Shown here: positions 21,572 to 29,577 of the stretch, piece by piece
Position numbering within the stretch: the first letter of the stretch is position 1
Layout: each line of letters opens with the position of its first letter
Assembly (NCBI GenBank): GCA_043228905.1
Contig: JBHGNT010000387.1
Location: 1-29,577, forward strand
DNA: 29,577 nucleotides
Reading direction: 5' to 3'
Source of the DNA: Azolla caroliniana
Lineage: Eukaryota; Plantae; Polypodiophyta
Position numbers and translations under genes: made by a program
Notes under the pieces: model-generated
What the model was told of the DNA's origin: nothing
Database searches by the model: none
Seen by the model: the letters and a program-made list of their open reading frames with translations, nothing else

Positions 21572-22179
21572 TTATTTTATTTTTAAAAAACATATCCTTC
21601 CATTAGTTTAAAAAACCCATATCAGTTACAAAATACAAAATGATGGAAAGGAGATGATTATCCTTCCCCAACCCGTCTTGTGTAAGACACTAGCTAACCA
21701 TGAATCCTTCTTTTGATAGACTTGATTGAACACTTCTTCAATAGTTGAAACATACCATGAATTTGCCATATGTTCAAACCAAATCAATCTTCCTCGTCAT
21801 GTTTATATTCAACATCTCTCAGTGCCACCTTTGGGTCATCACATGCATCCAATCTACCCCCACATTTACAAATTATGACCAAGCATCCTCTATTTTCCAT
21901 ATTCAACGTAAAACTCAATCAAAGCATTATGGTATAGAGGTCATTTTGTATGTCTTAATCCATGATTCCAGAACTTATAAACATGTCGTCATGTACAACC
22001 ATGTGATCAACACCCACTTTAAGGGATCTCAGCCCTTCGAACAGTTTATATGCATCTGATAACCTTCCACATGTTGCCTGCAAATCAACAATGCTTCATG
22101 ACACCATCCATCACATAAAAAGAAACGGACTTCTTCCGAATGCATACATAAGAGCATCCCCCTCCACCTATTTCAATGA
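21572..22179 (-). pseudogene. 608-bp PPR-derived retrocopy with A-rich tail and 16-bp TSD
   Basis: AAAACTCTTCCTTATT at 21556-21571 and 22180-22195; minus strand reads SIVDLQATCGRLSDAYKLFEGL and DIQNDLY/HNALIEFYVEYGK/EDAW (S-type PPR-like); ends AAAAATAAAATAA. Confidence 0.78.
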
Positions 22180-22625
22180 AAAACTCTTCCTTATTCACAC
22201 GAGAGGTATTTTATTATTTTAACTTGCTCCATCATATGTTGTTCCATGGAACCCATGTCATTCCCATCTTATCCCTCTTTCTGTACAACAAATATCGAAG
22301 AGGTTGTAAAACATAATGCAAAGCCTTCTTTGTCCAAGGTAGGAATGACAACTAATGTAATATAACAAGTTCATTATACATCGTACAACTTGGGGGTGTA
22401 CATGAAATGGCCAAGATTGTGACTTCTAGTACTTTAACTTGTTAGTCATCCATTCGATCAACTAGAACTCTCTTGGTATCTCTCCTTTTCTCTTTCTGTT
22501 TTATTATCATTAGCTTACCGTAGTGGTAATTTGTTAGACAATTAATCTTAGGTATTGGATTTGTTACCCTATTTTCATATCTCTCTATTGCTTCATATAT
22601 AATTTCTTAATTTACTAGATACCAC

Positions 22626-22660
22626 TGTGGAATGTATGGGGTTGAATGCATGACCTTCTA

Positions 22661-22708
<48 letters not shown>

Positions 22709-23230
22709 TACACACACACACACACAAGCACACACGCACAAATAATCTTAATTTATTCGTTATGCACATACACTTGATCCGTCATTGAACTATATTCTCT
22801 AGTTCTTTACATGGTATCAAATGAGGGTTATTCTTGGGGTAGGTTCTCCATTGCTTTTGTGTTTCTTGATGCAATCAAACACTTTTCAACTTTCCATATG
22901 TAACGTGGCTACATAGGTAGTACGCATAAGAGTTGCACTCGAATTACACCATATTCTCAATGTTGTGAACATTGAATGAAGTAGCAATGATGAAGAAAAC
23001 GCCATCGACAAGATGAATCTGCAAACAAGGAACTATCTACATCCTGATAAACTTGACAAAACAAGCTTCTCAAGTTGAAGTATAAAATGACACAATTCCT
23101 TATCAAGCAAAGATATCGGGGCTACATTGACATAAACTTAGGAGACATCCCAAGTCCAAGAAGCATTGATTATGTTGAATGACAACAAGGGGCTAGTCAT
23201 GTGACGTATTGTTAAGTACATGTCATACAT
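22626..23230 (+). mobile_element. Ty1/copia retrotransposon remnant: 5' LTR (~22626-22811), PBS, gag N-terminus
   Basis: TG...CA-bounded segment followed directly by TGGTATCAAA (tRNA-iMet PBS-like, 22812); decayed gag DKLDKTSFSS*/KYKM.QFLIKQRYRGYID and *QQGASHVTYC. Confidence 0.75.
22661..22740. repeat. Compound (CT)12(CA)n microsatellite inside the LTR
   Basis: Seen directly. Confidence 0.95.
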
Positions 23231-23289
23231 TTAATTTCCCGTGTCTTCTCGTCGAAGTAACATTGGCATTGGTACTACAAGGACAAGGC

Positions 23290-24450
23290 AAAAAGCAAGG
23301 AAAATAACCATCACGAGGATACATATTGCCAATCCATTTTGTCATTTCTCTCCAGAAAAACTAACAAATCCTTCCATTTGCCTTTAAAAGATTGTTGTTT
23401 TAGAAAATTCATATCTTCATTACCCGTGAAGGAGTCATATTGACCTTTTAAAATTGAGATAAACATCGACCAAAATTCCTTCACACAATGAACAACATTT
23501 TGCTTTATTTGCTGAAATACATTTTTGCATCGATCTATCCAAATATTTCATAGAACCACTGATGATATCGTAGCCCATACTGTGGCATCCACACTCAATC
23601 GATTTGAGCTTGAGTATGGTATGTCCTTAACTTGCCTTCCCCTAGTTTGAAGGGTAAATAGTATCTTTTCCCTTTCATAATTATGCTTATCCACATTTAT
23701 GTCCATCCAAAAGACATTTCCCCATGTAATAACATTAGGCCCATATGCAACATCAATGAGGCGCAACATATGTTTCTAAATAGAACATGTTGTCATACAG
23801 TTCCATAAGGCATGTTGCATTGATTCCAAGTTAAGCCCACAAAGAGAGCAAGTTTTGGTTCCCTCTTCCCTATGCATCCATTCCAAGACCGGAAGTGCAT
23901 AGTGGACACATAAACATCTAAATGTAATGATTTTCCGAGGAATCTGTAGAACCCACAACCATTTCCAAAATGCCAATGATGAATGCATAGGAATATTACT
24001 ATTTAACCATACCCTGTTGCAGCCAAAGTAATTGGATTCCTCGTTCGCTGGAATTCCCTACCTAATTTTCAGAGTAGTCAAAGAAAGAAACCATCTTATC
24101 ATTAGCATCTCTCTACCACCATTCCATCGGATCCCAGTCTAACTCAAATAAGGACTTATTATCACAAACCCAAATATCCCAAAAAGGGTTTACTTTTTCA
24201 GGATGGGGATCAATAATACATACCTTCCTTGTTTTTGCAACCACCCTAATAGGCTTCCACTCCACTAAATTGAGAAGGTCATCCTCCATAGAGACCCATT
24301 GCAATTTTCCCTTCAAAACTATTATATATGCTAAGAATGATTCATTAGATGTATAAGCTCTTGCATGGCCGAATCCTCTCAATCTCGTCCTCCCATAATA
24401 GACATTCTCATGCTCTTCCCCTTTGTAAAAAAGTAATTTGCATGTCAATA
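23290..24450 (-). mobile_element. L1-like LINE ORF2 C-terminal fragment (zf-RVT), decayed
   Basis: LDWDPMEWW; FWKWLWVLQIPRK...CSLCGLNLESMQHALWNC; NIWIDRCKNVFQQIKQN...LKGQYD...WQYVSS*WLF, colinear with the LINE at 16805-17652. Confidence 0.85.
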
Positions 24451-25953
24451 TTCTAAAACATTATTTACAAGTAATTGCACTAAATTAGCCTTGCCCTATT
24501 GTGAACTTTATTTATGATTAAGTCTTGATCTTCCCAATGATGTCTTTGTTCATCCTATTTTCATGTTAACCATGTAAAAGAACTTCTTAGTTTTGATGAA
24601 GGTGTAGTTATTTATGAGGGTTTATAGTGTGAGCCTCATTCACGAGAAAACATTTGCAATGCTCAAATTGAAGGTTCAGGTCCAAAACAACACTTGGGAG
24701 TCGCACCTTCAATCACTCTTGGCTCTCTATTTTCCTTAATTTTTCATTATTTTATTATCATCGATATTCAATTGTAATAATCTCTCTTGTAGAAGTTTGA
24801 CGAGAAACAGTGACTCGTGCATCTATCTATTATCACTAATATAATTTGCATGTCGCGTGAATGGTGAAGCTTGTCCCTTCTAGAAAAATGGTCAAGGAAC
24901 TAACAAATTAGGCGTACTTTTTAAATATTAAATAGAACCACGGAAAACAAGTACTATGCAACACATCAATTTAATCTTGATCAAAGCCAACATGTAGTTT
25001 GTCCTACATTGCTTCGAATAGTTGTTGATTTGCTATTGAGATGCAATTGTTGGTTGTGGTGGATCATTTAGATTTGTATCCAACACAATATCTAAATTAA
25101 TATTAAAGCTTCCTTTCTATCCTTAAAATTGTTACTTGACCCCCTTGTATGTTGTAGAGTTGCCACATCAACGTTGTTTTTGTTCTATCTTGGAAAACCT
25201 TATCTTGCAAACAACTTTCAACATGAATGAAATGTTCTTGATGAAATATTTTGCGCTTTAAATGGCAAGTTGACTTCAAGTAGAGCTCATTGGAATTTTT
25301 TCAAAGAGCCCATTTCATCGAGATTTAGTAAGTTTCGATGAAATTTTATTGAGACAAAGTTCCATACTATTCTTCGTATTTTAATAAATTTATTAGAAAA
25401 GTCTCTCAAAGTCAATTAAAAATCTTTAAAACTTGCCCTTTTGAGGTGAATGACTTTTCCTCAATGTTTTCATAAATATATGTGAGACTGGTATTTAATA
25501 ATTTCGATATGCTTTACTTCCTAATGCAACTAGCGCTTGGTGGAATGTAACTATATGTAGTTAGTGGGTATGAGTGGTAAGGTTGGGATACGTGTTTTAA
25601 ATGGCTCAATGTTTGTGACATTTATTGTAAATGTGTATGCATGGTTGGATTGTGTGGTAGTGCGCTTTGTTGTTTATTAGGCTTCAATTGAATTCAAAAG
25701 CTTGGTTTTACCAACCATTTAATAATTCCATCCATAAGCTCATGATTTCACTCATTGTCATAGCAAGATTTGGTGGGTGAATATTCAACCATTCATAATA
25801 TTAATCGTAAGTGTCATTATTCCACGACGTAGTACATTGATTTTTAGCGGGGATCATTCAATGCTTCTGTTTCGTTATCATGTGGACTTTTAACGATGAC
25901 ATTAGATGGAAAGTAAGAGACTTTAGGTTCTTCCGATAGGGTTGTAATGAGAT

Positions 25954-26014
25954 GAATTTTCCTTCATGAAGACCTTAAAGAGGATTGGGAATTTTCCTTC
26001 ATCAAGACCTTAAA
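25954..26014. repeat. 26-bp direct repeat, 35-bp period
   Basis: GAATTTTCCTTCAT(G/C)AAGACCTTAAA twice. Confidence 0.85.
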
Positions 26015-29000
26015 CTCGGTGCATATTTTAAGGTGGAGAGATGCAATCCTATATTTTTGTTTTGAAAAGAACATATGTATTTGGTAATTTGTACCTCCGC
26101 AAAAACATAATAATTTAAGCACATTATAAAGATATGAAAATAAAACGCTTAGAGTTTCTCAACCTTAAAAATTAAGTTCATTCCATAACAAAATATTGGT
26201 ATGATTAAGTTTCTTGTGCCAAGCCGTTAACTATATTTATGAAGTTCCTTCCTATTCCTCTCATAAGGATAGTAGCATGGTTGAAAGACCAGGTTTTCGT
26301 ATGAATATAATCATTCAAAAATCATCCAAACTATAAGAGTTTCAAACCAAAATGAAAGACATATAAGAAAGAATGGAAGAAAGTTACATTAACATCTTTT
26401 TTAACCTCAAGATGAGTTTTAAGCCTGCAAACATGTTGACCTACATTATATGTTGCTTGCTTTGAACCTACCAACTCCCTTGTAAGGGACTTACACCCTC
26501 AATAGACCTGCATAGATATGTCCTTGTTTGTACAGTACCATATAACGTGGATTGCAATTTCTCAACTCTCTTGAATCATGCATTCCAAATTCATAACCCC
26601 ACTTTTTTCTATACCGTTGCCTAGTTTACTCTATAGTGGGAATATAATGTGCATGCAACACAAGTACCATCGTTAAACAAAAATAATATCATGAATAAAG
26701 TTCCCAAAGTTGCATATGCCGGTTTGATGCTAACTAGTGGCTACAACTAAAGCCTTATATGGGGACAACTTGCAACCACATGGCATTATGCAATCACATG
26801 GCTTTGTTACAAAGGGCATTTGCTTTTTATGCTTCACAGTATAAAGTTCCTATTGATGGACAACATTGCAAACTGTAAAAAATAATGGTGGCACATTGTA
26901 GCCTCGCTTTAGCAAACAAGACAACACTTGCTAAAGCAATATGTGAAAGCATTGCCTGTTTAAAGCATGTTACTGTGTGGATGCAGTTGGGGTGCATTGG
27001 TAAAGGGTGTACATCACGAGATTAAGGTTATGATTTTACAACATTGGCACATTTTTGGAGGTGAAAATGATAGCATCACCTTGGAAATTAAATCTTGCGA
27101 TGTTAAGCTGTTTAAATTAAAAGGTGTGACTTCATGATGTTATCACTTCCTCTTGAGTTAAAAATATGACCTTGCACTAACAAGTCATTGTCTTGGCGTT
27201 GAGATGTCATTGTTCATAGCTAAGGTTGTTTATCGCACTTTTAGAAGAGCCTCGCCTCAATTAATGATAAAATAATTGTAAATGGGTCTATTTCTGCAAG
27301 ATCCACTTCATCACACTTGTTTAGATAAATTATAGTAAATCACCCACCACAATCCTCATAATATGTTTGTTTACATTAATAAGTTGGCCAATTCAATATT
27401 CTCAATATTCGAGGGAGGAGATTCACTAGTTGTGATAATGTTGTAAACATTGAGATTGATAGAACTTCATTGAATTCAAGTTCATTGTTTTGTTACGATA
27501 TCTATTCTCAAGGGGTCGCTATATGTGAACCCTTGATATCACGTGTGTCCAACACCTATTAAGAAAAACACAATGTATCCATTTCCATGCATTCAATGAA
27601 TCCTTCCTATTGAATATGTGTATACACTGCTTAGAAGGTATGGTGGTAACACATATAAGAATGATGATGTATCTTCTTATGTAGAAGTTATTATAGGTTA
27701 ACCCTTTACATCGCTAGCGTTGAAAGCCTATTAAAAAAAAACATTTTATGTCAATTTTCCACGAGTAATATGAATGCTTCCCCTATTCAGTATTTGTATG
27801 TATATCCTAATTAAATGACACCCATACACGTGCTAAGAAATTGTAAAGAAAAGGCTATGATAAACCATGTCTAGTAGATTCACGGGTTATGGTTATATAT
27901 TTATGGCATGCTCCTTGACCCTTGATACATATTGTTCTCAACAAATGTAAGATTGATTTATTGAATCCCTATGGTGATGTTCATGGGGAAAATAAAGGGA
28001 AATAATTTGATCAACATTAATAGAATATGTATTGGATTGTTGAACATTGGAATATATCATGAGATATGCAATTGCATTTGAAGGAAAAATAATGATTACC
28101 CGTTAGGAAGAAGCAAGAGATGGGATTTGAAAGGTCGAAGACTTGGGCATGCAGTGCAAGATACTCACAACCACTCTATCTAAGCGTTGACGAATGATTA
28201 TTTCACTCAAATTCACTTGACATTGCATCATAAAAATGTAAAACCCTATATTGCAATTTTTGGGGAAGTAAGATCCATGAAACCATTTGCCATGCAAACT
28301 ATTAATGACACTTAGTTAAACACTTATTAGATTCCATGAATCCCATTGCTCATTCTCTTTGAAAACAATAACCAAGACACTAGGTGCAAAGATTGGGGGA
28401 CAAATGCTTTTATAACATGGACATTCTATCTAATTGTTAATGATTTATTATCCAAGTTCCAACCCCCCTTAACTAGTTGGCATCGTGTTCAAGACATACA
28501 CTCCATTCTTGAGTCAAATACCACAAAAGCAATGAATCGACAAAAAATAAGCAACCATAGGGGTTGTTAAATGAATTTGGTCAAATGCATATCAAATACC
28601 ATTAATCCCAAATCCCATTGCAAATTCACTTTTGATAAGGGCAATAGCATCAAGGTGCAGATGCTTTTGACTCGAGGCAAACATGTGAATGTGTTAAAGA
28701 TAGACCATGCATGTATTAGAAAAAGGAGAAAAGACAACGGGCATAAGCTTTTCGTAAATTCCCCATAAAGATCATGGGCATTGGGCACCATTTGATGGAA
28801 TGAATTAACTTTTCACAAGCAAGACCCAAGACTATATACTAATGGGCATCATTGATGGAGTGAACTAGCTTTCAACACAAGGTCAATTTGCCCCTGCGTG
28901 CTAGATGCTACAAGTTGCAACGAAAAAAGAACGACGACTTTACAAAGCTGAAGAGCCATCCCTAGGTGTAAATGCAAGTCTGTATGCCCATTTTGTTGTG

Positions 29001-29030
29001 AATTTGAACTTCTAACAACCTCAAGGCGCT

Positions 29031-29173
29031 TATACAGACACACATATACTTACACATACATACCCACATACATACATGTATAGGTACACATACACATACA
29101 CATATCCACATACATACACGTATAGGTACACATACACATACACATATCCACATACATACACGTATAGGTACAC

Positions 29174-29228
<55 letters not shown>

Positions 29229-29229
29229 T
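29031..29229. repeat. (TACACA)n microsatellite with 42-bp higher-order unit
   Basis: About three copies of CACATACATACACGTATAGGTACACATACACATACACATATC, the last running into ~10 pure TACACA units. Confidence 0.92.
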
Positions 29230-29577
29230 GTGACATTTATGTTGACAAGAGCGAAAAGAATAAGTTATAAATGCGTAGTGAAAAGAAGAAGGTAGACTTC
29301 TTGTTGAATTTAGGGGGGTTGAGGTTTGCGTAGTAGACGCCGCGTTGAATTGGGTGAGAAGGGGAGCCAACATAATAAATATAGTAAGTCCCTTATTATC
29401 GATACTTGTTTTTTTCGTTTTGGCAAAAAACGGTTAAATAATTTCCATATATTTCACTTTCTCACACCCCAACGATCAAATAAAGACATCATTCCTCCCC
29501 CAACACCAAATAAGTAAAAAAATAAAAAAAAAAGCGAAGGAGAAAGAAAAGAAAAAAGATTTCAGAGAATTTAGAGG

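Noticed and set aside
28962-29373. YTYTYT / VYVYVY / MCMCMC ORFs
   Set aside because: Translations of the TACACA repeat.

Overview
Eukaryotic, AT-rich plant nuclear DNA, most likely a fern (inferred from PPR motifs with long L-type inserts and from a mitochondrial cox1 insert carrying many pre-edited codons and a group I intron at the cox1i395 position). Three apparently intact genes: (1) the 3' six exons of an organelle-type (alpha clade, InvE-like) alkaline/neutral invertase, + strand, 1-6699; (2) an intronless PLS-E class PPR gene, - strand, 8242-~10764; (3) a multi-exon, divergent SGS3-like zf-XS/XS/coiled-coil gene, - strand, 13525-15705. The long first visible invertase intron hides an antisense, decayed mitochondrial insertion: cox1 codons ~1-131 plus most of a group I intron core. 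The right half is a repeat graveyard: three L1-like LINE 3' fragments, a large decayed PPR pseudogene, a 608-bp PPR-derived retrocopy with a perfect 16-bp target-site duplication, a Ty1/copia LTR-PBS-gag remnant, microsatellites and a weakly Helitron-like stretch. The two PPR relics share a ~55-nt 3' terminus just before their A-tails, suggesting a family of retroposed PPR sequences. All calls come from reading and manual translation; no searches were run.
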